The position numbers were made by a program, and so were the translations under genes. Of a DNA stretch of 64,000 nucleotides, positions 1-9,081 are shown one piece after another; the first letter of the stretch is position 1; every line of letters starts with the position of its first letter. The stretch is from Candidatus Latescibacterota bacterium (lineage in GTDB: Bacteria; Latescibacterota; UBA2968; UBA8231). The stretch lies in the NCBI GenBank assembly GCA_965208105.1, contig OZ242318.1:501731-565730 (forward strand), written 5' to 3'. Below the pieces are notes generated by a model. It was given only the letters and a program-made list of their open reading frames with translations. It had not been told where the DNA came from and did no database searches.

Positions 1-1467
1 AAAGGTGCGCACTTCAAGGCGCAGATCCCGCAGGCGGTCCTTGAGTGCCTGGCCGAACTCGTCCATACCGGCGAAAAGTTCAGGGTCGTCGAGGGCGCGG
101 TGCAGGATCCTCTGGAGCAGGGCGATCTGTCGCTCCAGGTTGCCGAGGTTCACCTTCCCGGGACGGTCCAGGGGAGTATCCAGGTTGAACCGTCCGTCGT
201 GCACGGTGACGAAGGCCAGGGAGACGATCCCGGCCGCGTGGGCCATCTCGCTGTTGACCGGGGCGCCCTGGGGCACGAAAGAGGACCATCCCAACCCCTT
301 GATCGGGCTGATGCCGTTGACGAGGACTTCATTGCCATGCCTGCCCAACAGCGGCGCCATTTGCCTGGCGTAGGCGGTAAACCTGCGGCCGAAGGGGGCA
401 TAGAAGCGCCGCAAATCGGCGTTGTGGGTACTGTTCCACAGGCCCAGAAGATCGCTTTGGCTGGAAAGATCCAGGCTTATGAAGAGCTTCACCTGGAGGG
501 GGTCCGCGACCCGTCCGACGTAATCCTCGTGGAGGCGGGCGTGGCGCTCGAGAAAATCCACCATCCCCTGCATGGCCTGAAAATGAGCCGAAGTGGCAGC
601 CAGAACCACGGTGCGGGCCGGCGGATGCGCCTTCAGGTGGCGGGCAAGCTCCAGAAGGGCGGTTATGCTGCAGGCGGCCTCGGCACTGGGGGCCAGCGCC
701 GGCACCACCGAAGTGCCGTCGTAATAGGCCTCTACCACGATAATTTCGCGATTCAGCTCCGGGTGCGCCCCCGCAATCCTGCCGACGATATTCCAGGCAG
801 GCCTCTCCTCCCAGTCCATCCTTCCCCGCAGCAGCCCTTCAACCTCGCCGCCCTGCCGGAGACGCTGGAGCAGGCTCAGGCCCGCATTCCGCCCGATCCA
901 GAACCGCGGAATATCCAGGGGCGCTTCAACAAATTTGTCGTTTGCCTGTCTCCAGGTGGAGCTCTCGGGCTCAATGAAGATTACCGCCCTTGCTCCCAGG
1001 GCCGCGGCGTGCAGCCATCGGTCCTCGCTGTTGAATTCGAGCAGGGCGATGCGCCCCTCCACCTGCCGGCCGTTGAACTCGGACCAGTCGCCGTGCCCGC
1101 CATAAATCATGGGCGCTCTCACCCCCTCCGCAGGCAGTGTAGAGGTGCGCACCAGGTTGGGCCACAAACTCCAGATCTCGAAGACCCTGCCTTCCACCGT
1201 CAGCAGGAAGCCCCGGTCCATGGGCACCACCACCCCGTACTCCTCCCGGCGCAAATCCTCCACTCCGATGGCACCCAGTTCGGCCTCTACATAATCCGCC
1301 GCCAGAGCACAGCCAGGATAGCCCACCACTCTCGAGCCCGGCGCACTGAAGCGCTCGATGACACCGCGCAGATGGTCCACGTCGGCACCGGCGCAGGCAT
1401 GCGCAATCAGAAGCCCGGAAGCTACCCGGAGAAGAAAAAATGCTCGCAAGGGAAATTTTTTCGGCAT
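1..1467 (-). CDS. Secreted PA-domain / M28-like peptidase family protein; C-terminus lies beyond the window start
   Basis: Absent from the supplied ORF track because it has no stop inside the window. My reverse-strand translation from ATG (rc of 1465-1467) stays open to base 1 (489 codons). It begins MPKKFPLRAFFLLRVASGLLIAHACAGADVDHL (signal-peptide-like). It contains GRIALLEFNSEDRWLHAAALGARAVIFIEPE (PA-domain-like) and IIVVEAYYDGTSVVPALAPSAEAACSITALLELARHL (M28-like core, metal-ligand motif not canonical). The + strand ORF 100..1590 is its antisense shadow. Confidence 0.6.
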   Translation of the reverse strand, partial: MPKKFPLRAFFLLRVASGLLIAHACAGADVDHLRGVIERFSAPGSRVVGYPGCALAADYVEAELGAIGVEDLRREEYGVVVPMDRGFLLTVEGRVFEIWSLWPNLVRTSTLPAEGVRAPMIYGGHGDWSEFNGRQVEGRIALLEFNSEDRWLHAAALGARAVIFIEPESSTWRQANDKFVEAPLDIPRFWIGRNAGLSLLQRLRQGGEVEGLLRGRMDWEERPAWNIVGRIAGAHPELNREIIVVEAYYDGTSVVPALAPSAEAACSITALLELARHLKAHPPARTVVLAATSAHFQAMQGMVDFLERHARLHEDYVGRVADPLQVKLFISLDLSSQSDLLGLWNSTHNADLRRFYAPFGRRFTAYARQMAPLLGRHGNEVLVNGISPIKGLGWSSFVPQGAPVNSEMAHAAGIVSLAFVTVHDGRFNLDTPLDRPGKVNLGNLERQIALLQRILHRALDDPELFAGMDEFGQALKDRLRDLRLEVRTF

Positions 1468-1674
1468 GGAGCTTTCCCGGGGGCCATTCAGAATTTCTAT
1501 CTATTGAAAGCGGGCCCGGCCCCGCTGCCCGGCGGACCCTCCTCAAACGCGAAAAGGCACCCTGGCAACCTCGAGCAAACGCGGATTTGATCGGCTCCCA
1601 CCGGTTTAGTATAGTAAACTATAATCCGACCGTCCCACCCCCATTCAACCCCGGCAGGAGAGGAGAGTCTCCAG

Positions 1675-2988
1675 ATGGAACTGAAAAAGAGCGGCGGCGC
1701 CACCGACTGGTTCGTCCACGACCGATTCGGTCTCTTCATCCACTGGGGTCTCTACGCCCTTCCCGCGCGCCACGAGTGGGTCAAGCAACGCGAGGAAATT
1801 GCGGACGAAGCCTACGACCGCAAGTACTTCTCGCGCTTCGATCCCGACCTCTACGATCCGGACTCCTGGGCAGAGGCCGCCGCAGCCGCCGGCATGAAAT
1901 ATTTCGTGGTCACCAGCAAACACCACGAGGGCTTCTGCCTTTGGGATTCGCAGCTTACCGACTACAAGGCGACCAGGACGCCCGCTGCACGCGACCTCCT
2001 GAAACCCATGGTCGAGGCCTTTCGCCGGCGCGGCATGAAGGTCGGGTTCTACCACTCCCTCATCGACTGGCATCACCCGGACTTCGTCATCGACGACCTG
2101 CACTCAATGCGCAACCACCCCGACCGCGAACGGCTCAACGCCGGGCGCCGGCAGAAAAGCTACATCGAGTATCTGCACGGCCAGGCGCGGGAGCTGTTGA
2201 CCCGGTTCGGCCGCGTCGACCTGCTGTTCTACGATTTCAGTTACCGGCCAGGAGAGCGGGGCCGCTCCCCGGATCTCACCGGCAAGGGACGCGACGACTG
2301 GAACAGCCGCGACCTCATTGCGTTGACCCGCAAGCTGCAGCCCGACATCCTCGTCAACGACCGGCTGGACCTGCACGAAGTGGAGGGAGGCTGGGACTAC
2401 ATGACCCCCGAGCAGTTTCTGCCCCGGGACCCGGTCACAGTTGGCGGCCGGCCGGTGTTGTGGGAAACATGCCAGACCTTCTCCGGCTCTTGGGGCTACC
2501 ACCGCGACGAGACCTCCTGGAAGAGCGTCGAACAACTGATTCGCATGCTGATCGAGGTGGTGAGCAAGGGGGGGAACCTCCTCCTGAACGTGGGCCCCAC
2601 CGCCCGCGGGGAGTTCGACGACCGCGCCCTGGAGCGCCTGCGCGGGATGGGCGAATGGATGAAGCGTCACGGGCGCTCGATCTACGGCTGCACCATGGCA
2701 CCTGGAGAGTTCGCCGCGCCACCGGACTGCCGCCTCACCTACAATGCGCGCACCCGCCGGATCTATCTCCACGTCTTTGCCTGGCCGTTCAGGCAACTTC
2801 ACCTCGACGGCTTTGCAGGAATGGTCGATTACGCCCAGCTACTCAACGATGGTTCGGAGATACTCATCAGTGAAGATCCAGGCCACTACCGCAGCGGCGA
2901 CCGCCACCAGCGGCAGACCCTGACCCTTGAACTTCCAGTGGAGAAACCGCGCGTCGCAGTGCCCGTGGTAGAGCTCTTTCTGAGCTGA
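1675..2988 (+). CDS. alpha-L-fucosidase (glycoside hydrolase family 29)
   Basis: 437-aa ORF with GH29-typical N-terminal motifs DWFVHDRFGLFIHWGLYALPA and YFVVTSKHHEGFCLWDS. Balanced amino-acid composition, unlike the overlapping shadow ORFs. Confidence 0.9.
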   Translation: MELKKSGGATDWFVHDRFGLFIHWGLYALPARHEWVKQREEIADEAYDRKYFSRFDPDLYDPDSWAEAAAAAGMKYFVVTSKHHEGFCLWDSQLTDYKATRTPAARDLLKPMVEAFRRRGMKVGFYHSLIDWHHPDFVIDDLHSMRNHPDRERLNAGRRQKSYIEYLHGQARELLTRFGRVDLLFYDFSYRPGERGRSPDLTGKGRDDWNSRDLIALTRKLQPDILVNDRLDLHEVEGGWDYMTPEQFLPRDPVTVGGRPVLWETCQTFSGSWGYHRDETSWKSVEQLIRMLIEVVSKGGNLLLNVGPTARGEFDDRALERLRGMGEWMKRHGRSIYGCTMAPGEFAAPPDCRLTYNARTRRIYLHVFAWPFRQLHLDGFAGMVDYAQLLNDGSEILISEDPGHYRSGDRHQRQTLTLELPVEKPRVAVPVVELFLS

Positions 2989-3021
2989 GCCGGGGAGACA
3001 CCCTCCGGCGGCCGGGGCGGC

Positions 3022-3447
3022 TCACTCTCCTGATTTGCGCGCCTCCAACAGGCGGACCGCCACATAGGCCAGGAGCGCGAAAACGAAGAAGACGAGCAGC
3101 ATCCATGCAATCCCCTGCAGGGTTTCGATGATGGTGCGGTAGACTTCGAGGACCCAGCGCTCGGTGGTCAGGGCCAGCGCGAACGCCTCTCCGGTCCCAC
3201 CCTTCCGCAACCCGGGCTGGGCCAGGGAACGCGGCGTTATGTAGCGCTCCAGCTCCCAGACCCGCACTCCCTTGGAAATTCCCACCACATAGATGGCGAA
3301 GCGCATGTACCTCACCCAGGCGGAGCTGATCTCCTCGGCGATGATGCGCTGCACAATCCCGGCGATCGGCCCATTGAAGAGGTGGGCGACCAGAGCCGAA
3401 ACCCCCAGGGCGATCAGGAACGTCACCAGCAGCAGTGTGATGAACAC
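3022..3447 (-). CDS. small membrane protein, unknown function
   Basis: GTG at 3447 is preceded by AGGAGGAGG (rc of 3451-3459). 141 aa with two hydrophobic helices (FITLLLVTFLIALGVSALVAHL and IAWMLLVFFVFALLAYVAV). The ORF-track start at 3564 is probably too far upstream. Confidence 0.5.
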   Translation of the reverse strand: MFITLLLVTFLIALGVSALVAHLFNGPIAGIVQRIIAEEISSAWVRYMRFAIYVVGISKGVRVWELERYITPRSLAQPGLRKGGTGEAFALALTTERWVLEVYRTIIETLQGIAWMLLVFFVFALLAYVAVRLLEARKSGE

Positions 3448-3567
3448 CTTCCTCCTCCTTTCACGAAGGGACAACGATGCCGCAACCTGGACCAGGCCGA
3501 ACACTGGCGGACCCAGGACGGATTTCAACGCGGAAGCGGCCTTCCACCTCTCTTCCCGATGCACCGT

Positions 3568-4611
3568 TCAATGGACCGTGCGTTCCCACAGCACCACGCG
3601 CTCGGGGTCGACCAGGGGAAGGACGGTATCTCCCGGCCGCCAGGACGGCTCTCTGGCGGCAAGGACATGGATCTGGCATCCCGCCCACTCTACGAGAAGA
3701 ATCCTGTGGTGCCCCGCGTCTTCGATCACCCGCACCAGGCCAGGGTCCTCCCCGCCGGCGAGGGCGATGTCTTCGGGCCTTATTCCCAGAAGCATCTCGC
3801 CCTTCCTCCCCCCAGCGGGCATTACCCGCGTGCCCCCGGCGGCCACCCAGTAGCCCTCGAACTCCCGGACTTCGAGAATATTCATGGGTGGACGGCCCAA
3901 CTGCCTGGCCACCACGGGTGACAGGGGCCGGAGATAGATCTCTTTCGCTCCACCCGTCTGGAGCACCCGGCCGCCCTCCAGCACGGCAATGCGGTCGCCC
4001 ATGGACATGGCCTCGGCCTGGTCGTGGGTTACGTAAATCATGGGAATCCCCAGCTCGCGCTGGAGCACGACCAACTCCACCCGCAAAGCCTCGCGCAGTT
4101 TGGCATCCAGATTGGTGAGAGGCTCGTCCATGAGAAAGAGGCGCGGCCGCCTGACAACGGCGCGGCCAATGGCGACGCGCTGCATCTCTCCGCCGGACAG
4201 TTGTTCGACCCTGCGCTCCAGGAGATCTCCGATCCGCAGCAGAGACCCCGCCCATTGGATCCGCTCCTCGATCTCGGCCGCCTTCAATCGGCGGCCGGGA
4301 GCCCTCAAAGGGAACTCCATGTTGCGGCGCACGGTCCAATCCGGGTAGAGGGAAAAATTCTGAAAGACCAATGCCACGTCGCGCCCGGGAGGCAGCCGGT
4401 GGGTTATGTCCTCTCCGCCCATTTCGATACGGCCGGCTTCGGGCATCTCCAGTCCGGCAATGGTCCGTAGAAGGGTCGTTTTTCCGGCTCCGGTGGGTCC
4501 CAAAACCACCAGGAGCTCGGAAGGGCCCAACTCCAGGCTGACGGAGCGCAGAGCCTCGACGCGGCCGAAGCGCTTGCAAACACCCAGAAGCCGGAGAAAT
4601 CCGTTTTTCAC
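3568..4611 (-). CDS. sugar ABC transporter ATP-binding protein (MalK/UgpC-like), second of two
   Basis: Walker A GPTGAGKTT, signature LSGGEMQRV, Walker B LFLMDEPLTNLD, and a C-terminal regulatory/TOBE-like region. GTG start at 4611 overlaps the upstream stop (GTGA, 4608-4611). The 661-aa track ORF to 5553 is an out-of-frame extension through the upstream gene. Confidence 0.85.
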   Translation of the reverse strand: MKNGFLRLLGVCKRFGRVEALRSVSLELGPSELLVVLGPTGAGKTTLLRTIAGLEMPEAGRIEMGGEDITHRLPPGRDVALVFQNFSLYPDWTVRRNMEFPLRAPGRRLKAAEIEERIQWAGSLLRIGDLLERRVEQLSGGEMQRVAIGRAVVRRPRLFLMDEPLTNLDAKLREALRVELVVLQRELGIPMIYVTHDQAEAMSMGDRIAVLEGGRVLQTGGAKEIYLRPLSPVVARQLGRPPMNILEVREFEGYWVAAGGTRVMPAGGRKGEMLLGIRPEDIALAGGEDPGLVRVIEDAGHHRILLVEWAGCQIHVLAAREPSWRPGDTVLPLVDPERVVLWERTVH

Positions 4612-5672
4612 AGAGCCTCGCCCGTATCCGGGTCGAAGCAGCGAATGTGTCGCAGGTCGAAGCCCAGGGAAACCTCCTCGCCGCGTCGATACGAGCCACC
4701 CCCACCCACCTGCATGGTCAGGCGGCCCGACCCCGTATCCAGGTAGACATTGCGGCAGAATCCCAGGTACTCCTCCGTCAGCACCCTGGCTTCGAGGAGC
4801 CCCGGAAAAGCCGGGCGCACGAACTCCGGACGCACCCCCAGGACAGCCCTGCCCACGCGAAGGGGACGCGGCAAGGGAAGATCCCACCCTCCGGCTGACG
4901 GGGTGAAGCGGCAATCCTCCCCTTCCCCAGCCACCTCTCCCTCGATCAGGTTCATTGCCGGACTGCCGACGAAATGGGCAACGAAGAGGCCGGCAGGCCG
5001 ATCGTAGACTTCGGCGGGGGTACCGCTTTGTCTGATGCGCCCCTCGTCCATCACCACCACCTGGTCGGCGAGGGACATGGCTTCCTCCTGGTCGTGAGTG
5101 ACGTAGATGGTGGTCACTCCCATTTCCAGTTGCCGGGAGCGGATCCACTCGCGCATCTCCAGGCGCAGGTCGGCGTCGAGCGTGCCCAGGGGCTCGTCCA
5201 TCAGGTAGAGCCGCGGCCTGCGCACCATCGCCCTCGCCAGGGCTACCCGCTGCTGGTCCCCCCCGCTCAACTGGGGCGGATACAGGTCGGCCAGTGCTTC
5301 GAGCCCGAGGCGCGCGAGGATCTCGGCGACGCGCTCGCGGCGCTGGCGGGGGACACCCTCCATGCTCTCCAGGGGGAAGGCGATATTGTCGCGCACCGTC
5401 AGGTGGGGATAGAGCGAGTAGAACTGAAAGACGAAACCCACATCCCGCGCCGCCGGGGACATGGCGCTGACGTCGGCTCCGGCCACTTTGATCTGTCCCC
5501 CGGTGGGGACCTCGAGCCCGGCGATCATGCGCAGAGTGGTGGTCTTGCCGCACCCGGAGGGCCCGAGAAGTACCACGAACTCCCCTTCCTCGCAGCGCAA
5601 GTCGATGCCTTTGACCGCTGCGGTACCCTCCGCATAGATTTTGCTGAGGCGGTTCAGTTCCAGGAAGCTCAT
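4608..5672 (-). CDS. sugar ABC transporter ATP-binding protein (MalK/UgpC-like), first of two
   Basis: Starts at MSFLELNRLSKIYAEG (ATG, rc of 5670-5672). Walker A GPSGCGKTT, signature LSGGDQQRV, Walker B LYLMDEPLGTLD. Confidence 0.85.
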   Translation of the reverse strand: MSFLELNRLSKIYAEGTAAVKGIDLRCEEGEFVVLLGPSGCGKTTTLRMIAGLEVPTGGQIKVAGADVSAMSPAARDVGFVFQFYSLYPHLTVRDNIAFPLESMEGVPRQRRERVAEILARLGLEALADLYPPQLSGGDQQRVALARAMVRRPRLYLMDEPLGTLDADLRLEMREWIRSRQLEMGVTTIYVTHDQEEAMSLADQVVVMDEGRIRQSGTPAEVYDRPAGLFVAHFVGSPAMNLIEGEVAGEGEDCRFTPSAGGWDLPLPRPLRVGRAVLGVRPEFVRPAFPGLLEARVLTEEYLGFCRNVYLDTGSGRLTMQVGGGGSYRRGEEVSLGFDLRHIRCFDPDTGEAL

Positions 5673-5884
5673 GTGTGTTCGTAGATTTCCATCAGGGGAC
5701 CGGTTGGAGCACCAACCGGATAGATAGTAACTTCCCGATGCGCGCTTGACGCCTGAGCAGGGGGAATTACAGGTCAAAACTACGATTCAATCGCCGATCT
5801 GCAAAAGATCGAAGACCTGCCATCTGCCTTGACCGGAAAACCGGAAGGTTCTTTAAATGTCTGTACTGGAATCCACCTCGTCCG

Positions 5885-6303
5885 CTACCCCGAAAGTTTT
5901 TGGTCCAGACCTCACCGAGTCGGAGGACATGATGCCAATCGTTCAATTGGAACTTGTGATTCGAGGTAATTTCGAGCGAATCAGCGGCGACACCCTGCAG
6001 GACCTCGCCGACGAACTCGGTGAATATTTCCAGACGGACAGGGCCGCCACCTGGGTCAAGGTCGGCTACCTTCCATTCGAGCAATATGCGGAAAATCGGA
6101 CCGCGCTTGGAGGCGAGGTAAGGCCCACCCTGGTCTACGTGCTGAAATACCGGCTTCCCCCACGGGACCAACTAGCACAGGAAGCAAAGGACCTGTCGCG
6201 GATCGTGGCGAAACGCCTGCAGCGCCCCGAAGAAAACACTCACATAATTTTCGAGCCGGACGGGATAGGGCGGGTCGCTTTCGGCGGCGAACTGGTCACC
6301 TGA
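5885..6303 (+). repeat. direct repeat copy 1 (tautomerase-like gene plus ~45 nt upstream); partner at 32785..33203
   Basis: My hand alignment with 32785..33203 shows colinear similarity across the whole CDS and ~45 nt upstream. I estimate roughly 85-90% nt identity (not computed). Similarity ends at the stop codon in both copies. Confidence 0.8.
5932..6303 (+). CDS. tautomerase-superfamily-like protein (tandem 4-OT-like halves), copy 1
   Basis: MPIVQLELV N-terminus (Pro directly after Met, hallmark of the 4-oxalocrotonate tautomerase superfamily). C-terminal half ends THIIFEPDGIGRVAFGGELVT, resembling a 4-OT C-terminus. GGAGGA lies 4 nt upstream of ATG 5932. 123 aa. Confidence 0.55.
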   Translation: MPIVQLELVIRGNFERISGDTLQDLADELGEYFQTDRAATWVKVGYLPFEQYAENRTALGGEVRPTLVYVLKYRLPPRDQLAQEAKDLSRIVAKRLQRPEENTHIIFEPDGIGRVAFGGELVT

Positions 6304-6365
6304 TGCTTTTCAGCACTCCGCCGACGCCTTGTCGAGTTTCGATGCAATTGTCCTGAAGGAGGCGG

Positions 6366-6680
6366 TTATACTACGGAAAGCGGTTCGATCCGGGCTAGTT
6401 CGTCTCGATACTGTTGCTTCAAATCCCAAAGATCCCTGGCATGTTGGGCTTGCAGCCAAAATTCAGGAGAGTTCTTGAACACGCGGGCTAGTTTCAACGC
6501 CATGATGGGCGAAACAGCACGCCGCTCGCGCACCAGTTCGTTAACGGTTTGACGAGAAACGCCCAATGCGGCAGCCAAAACAGTCGTCGTCAGACCATAA
6601 TCGGGAAGAAAGTCTTCTCGCAACATCTCCCCAGGATGGGTAGGGGGAATGTTGCGTTTTTGCTTATTTGCAATAGCCAT
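6366..6680 (-). CDS. higA: HigA-family antitoxin (XRE helix-turn-helix)
   Basis: 104 aa. HPGEMLREDFLPDYGLTTTVLAAALGVSRQTVNELVRERRAVSPIMALKLARVF is a typical HigA/VapI HTH. Lies directly downstream of the higB remnant (toxin-first order). Confidence 0.9.
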   Translation of the reverse strand: MAIANKQKRNIPPTHPGEMLREDFLPDYGLTTTVLAAALGVSRQTVNELVRERRAVSPIMALKLARVFKNSPEFWLQAQHARDLWDLKQQYRDELARIEPLSVV

Positions 6681-6690
6681 GGATTATTCC

Positions 6691-6971
6691 TTAATGGTAA
6701 TCCGTGATTTCAACGTCGTAGGCCTCTCCGTCGACGAAGCGAAAACAGATGCGCCATTGGTCATTGATCGATATTGAATGTTGTCCTTTGCGGTCCCCTT
6801 TCAAGGGATGCAGGCGGTTGCTCGGCGGTACCCTCAAATCGTTCAATGTACGAGCGAGATCGATGTATTCCAATCGCCGTATGGCTCTTCGAATCAGATG
6901 GCGGATAATCGTTTGAATTGTCCCGTGGTATAGAGCTGTTGAGTTGCTCTATCGGCGAATGTTTTGATCAC
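6691..6971 (-). pseudogene. higB: HigB-family (RelE/ParE-fold) toxin gene, frameshifted
   Basis: From GTG (rc of 6969-6971), frame A reads VIKTFADRATQQLYTTGQFKRLSAI then stops. Frame B continues LIRRAIRRLEYIDLARTLNDLRVPPSNRLHPLKGDRKGQHSISINDQWRICFRFVDGEAYDVEITDYH. Together they make a full-length HigB-like protein if one base is restored near 6896-6902. The span is 281 nt (3n+2). Confidence 0.75.
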
Positions 6972-7069
6972 AGGTCAATTGTAACGTGCCACGTGATAAT
7001 TGTCAATTCCGGTTAGGGTTCATCCCCGCGTAGGCGGGGCAGCCTCTAACACCGGTGAGTGTATATATA

Positions 7070-7092
7070 TACTGAACTATTGCAAACTTCGG
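7070..7092. repeat. IS left terminal inverted repeat
   Basis: See IS entry. 18/23 match to the reverse complement of 10426-10448. Confidence 0.6.
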
Positions 7093-7607
7093 CTGTGTGT
7101 CCAGCGAAGGCTGGCGTGTTCAGCAGGAGACAGTCCTGCCGGGGTAAGAGTCAGCAGCCCCGTAGCTTGGATAGCAGGGTGGCGGGAAACCAACATCCTG
7201 AAGCCTATCGACAGAGTCTCCCTGGGGAGACTGCGAGTCATTGGGCCGTAACGAAAGTGAACGCAGAGGTGGCCTCGAAAGTGCAAAGCCCCGAAGGCCG
7301 AGCCGACAACCGGACGGCGAAGGCAGCATGGGCAGCCGAAGGCTGAATGAGACGGCTGCTTTACTTCGGCGGGTTGGTAGCGACGGCACGATGGCAAGGA
7401 CATGCCGAGCAACTGGAGAAGCCCTCCTCGCCCCGGCGCGAAATCGCCGGAGCAGGGTAGGTCCTATAACCGGAGACACCGGGAAGGGGACCGAAGGCGA
7501 GAGGGTGGCGGATGGGTGCATAGTAGCGAGGAAGCGGGGTAACGCCCGTGGAGCGAAGGCGCCCTGCTGTTGAACATTCTCCGACAACAACGGGAGGCAC
7601 GGGTGGA

Positions 7608-8909
7608 ATGATAAAAACGCCCATCACGGTGCAGGACCTGAGAAGGAGAATATACCTCAAGGCGAAGGCTGACAAGGCCTGGCGTTTCTGGGGACTGTAC
7701 GTCCATGTATGCAAGAGGGAAACACTCCACGAGGCCTACAAGGCGGCCAAGCGCAATAACGGAGCCCCGGGTATTGATGGCATGACGTTTGCGGCCATCG
7801 AGCAGTCCGGCGTGGAGACGTTTCTGGAAGGCCTACGTGATGAACTGATCTCCGAGACCTATCGGCCCATGAGGAATCGTCGGGTGGAAATTCCCAAGGG
7901 AGAGGGTACAACCCGTACTCTGGGGATACCCAGCATACGAGACCGCGTGGTCCAGGGGGCGCTCAAGCTGATTCTGGAGCCTGTCTTCGAGGCTGATTTC
8001 CAACCGGGGTCGTATGGGTACCGGCCGAAGCGCACGGCCCATCAGGCCATTCAGCGGGTGGCGCAAGCGGTGGTTCAGAACAAGACCACGGTAATAGACG
8101 TGGACCTGGCTTCGTATTTCGACAGGATCCGCCATGACATTTTGTTGAGGAAAGTGGCGGAACGGGTTGATGACCAGCAGGTTCTGAGGCTGCTGAAGTC
8201 CATTCTCAAGACCGGCGGCCGACGCGGCGTTCCTCAAGGGGGTGTCCTTTCCCCGTTGCTCAGCAACCTCTATCTCAACGGGGTAGACCAGATGCTGGAG
8301 CGGGCGAAGCGCGCCACTCGACGAGGGCGGTATACTTATATCGAGTATGTGCGGTTTGCTGATGATGTTGTGATCCTGGTCGACGGCTATCGGCGGTGGA
8401 AGTGGCTCGCCGCGGCGGTCGACCGACGACTTCGGGAAGAATTGGCCAAGCTCGATGTAGCGCTCAATCACGACAAGACGCGTCGAATCGACCTGACCCG
8501 AGGCGAACACTTCGGATTCCTGGGGTTTGACTCTCGTCGAACCAGGACTCGGCGGGGGGTATGGGGCGTGCGCAACGTGCCGACGATGAAGGCACGTACG
8601 GCGCTTCTGCGCAAGCTCAAGGAGCTTTTTCGACGTTTTCGCTCCCAACCGATCGATCGGGTCATCGGCCTGATCAACCCGGTGTTGCGCGGATGGGTCA
8701 ACTACTTCCGTGTGGGGCAGTCGAATCGATGCTTCAGGTATGTGAAAAACTGGGTTGAGAAGAAGATCAGACGCCATCTGATGCGCGCGCGCCAAGGTCA
8801 GAGTTTTGGCTGGAAGAGGTGGAGTAGCCGGTGGTTATACAAAGAGCTCGGGCTATTCTCCGAGTATCGGGTGGCCTACCACCGGCCGAAAGCCCCTCCG
8901 GTACAATAG
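7608..8909 (+). CDS. group II intron reverse transcriptase/maturase (intron-encoded protein)
   Basis: Start MIKTPITVQDLRRRIYLKAKADKAWRFWGLYVHVC is typical of bacterial IEPs. RT motifs RVEIPKGEGTTRTLGIPSIRDRVVQ, GYRPKRTAHQA, GVPQGGVLSPLLSNLYL and RFADDVVILV (FADD in place of YADD). Maturase/X domain INPVLRGWVNYFRVG. Confidence 0.9.
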   Translation: MIKTPITVQDLRRRIYLKAKADKAWRFWGLYVHVCKRETLHEAYKAAKRNNGAPGIDGMTFAAIEQSGVETFLEGLRDELISETYRPMRNRRVEIPKGEGTTRTLGIPSIRDRVVQGALKLILEPVFEADFQPGSYGYRPKRTAHQAIQRVAQAVVQNKTTVIDVDLASYFDRIRHDILLRKVAERVDDQQVLRLLKSILKTGGRRGVPQGGVLSPLLSNLYLNGVDQMLERAKRATRRGRYTYIEYVRFADDVVILVDGYRRWKWLAAAVDRRLREELAKLDVALNHDKTRRIDLTRGEHFGFLGFDSRRTRTRRGVWGVRNVPTMKARTALLRKLKELFRRFRSQPIDRVIGLINPVLRGWVNYFRVGQSNRCFRYVKNWVEKKIRRHLMRARQGQSFGWKRWSSRWLYKELGLFSEYRVAYHRPKAPPVQ

Positions 8910-8941
8910 GTCCCATAGCCCTTGAGAGGAAATCAACAGGA

Positions 8942-8975
8942 AAGCCCGGTGCGGGAAATCCGCATGCCGGGGTTT
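8942..8975 (+). ncRNA. candidate group II intron domain V
   Basis: AAGCCCGGUGCGGGAAAUCCGCAUGCCGGGGUUU has an AGC triad at the 5' base, two helices separated by a 2-nt bulge on the 3' strand, and a GAAA-type loop. One extra G makes the lower helix imperfect. Confidence 0.5.
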
Positions 8976-9081
8976 GACGTGGCGGGAGTTGGAAACGTGA
9001 TCAGGGGAGCCGGACTGAGGCCCATCGCGAAAGCGGTGGAATCGTCACCGGACCCTACCGTTGGCGCGCCAGCTCTCGACC

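Larger units (their letters stand above)
7095..9058 (+). mobile_element. bacterial group II intron (ribozyme + intron-encoded protein); boundaries approximate
   Basis: About 510 nt of structured-looking non-coding sequence precedes an RT/maturase ORF. It begins GTGTGTCCAGCGAAGGCTGG, close to the GUGYG 5' consensus. A domain-V-like hairpin lies 33 nt after the ORF stop. A 3' end at ...GGACCCUAC (9058) fits the terminal AY rule. Total about 1.96 kb. The 5' and 3' ends were not verified by folding. Confidence 0.7.

Noticed and set aside
100-1590. 496-aa + strand ORF, the longest ORF listed at the window start
   Set aside because: Gly/Arg/Pro/Ala-rich, low-complexity translation. It lies exactly antisense to a much more protein-like reverse-strand frame (signal peptide plus PA/M28-like domains) that the track omits because it has no stop within the window.
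1440-2873. 477-aa + strand ORF overlapping the fucosidase gene
   Set aside because: Out-of-frame shadow of the GH29 gene. Extremely Arg/Pro-rich and without motifs.
3461-5553. 414-aa and 661-aa minus-strand ORFs spanning the two ATPase genes
   Set aside because: Only the C-terminal 347 aa of the 661-aa ORF is ABC-like. The rest, and the 414-aa ORF, are alternative-frame read-throughs of the neighbouring ATPase gene with Arg/Gly/Pro-rich composition.
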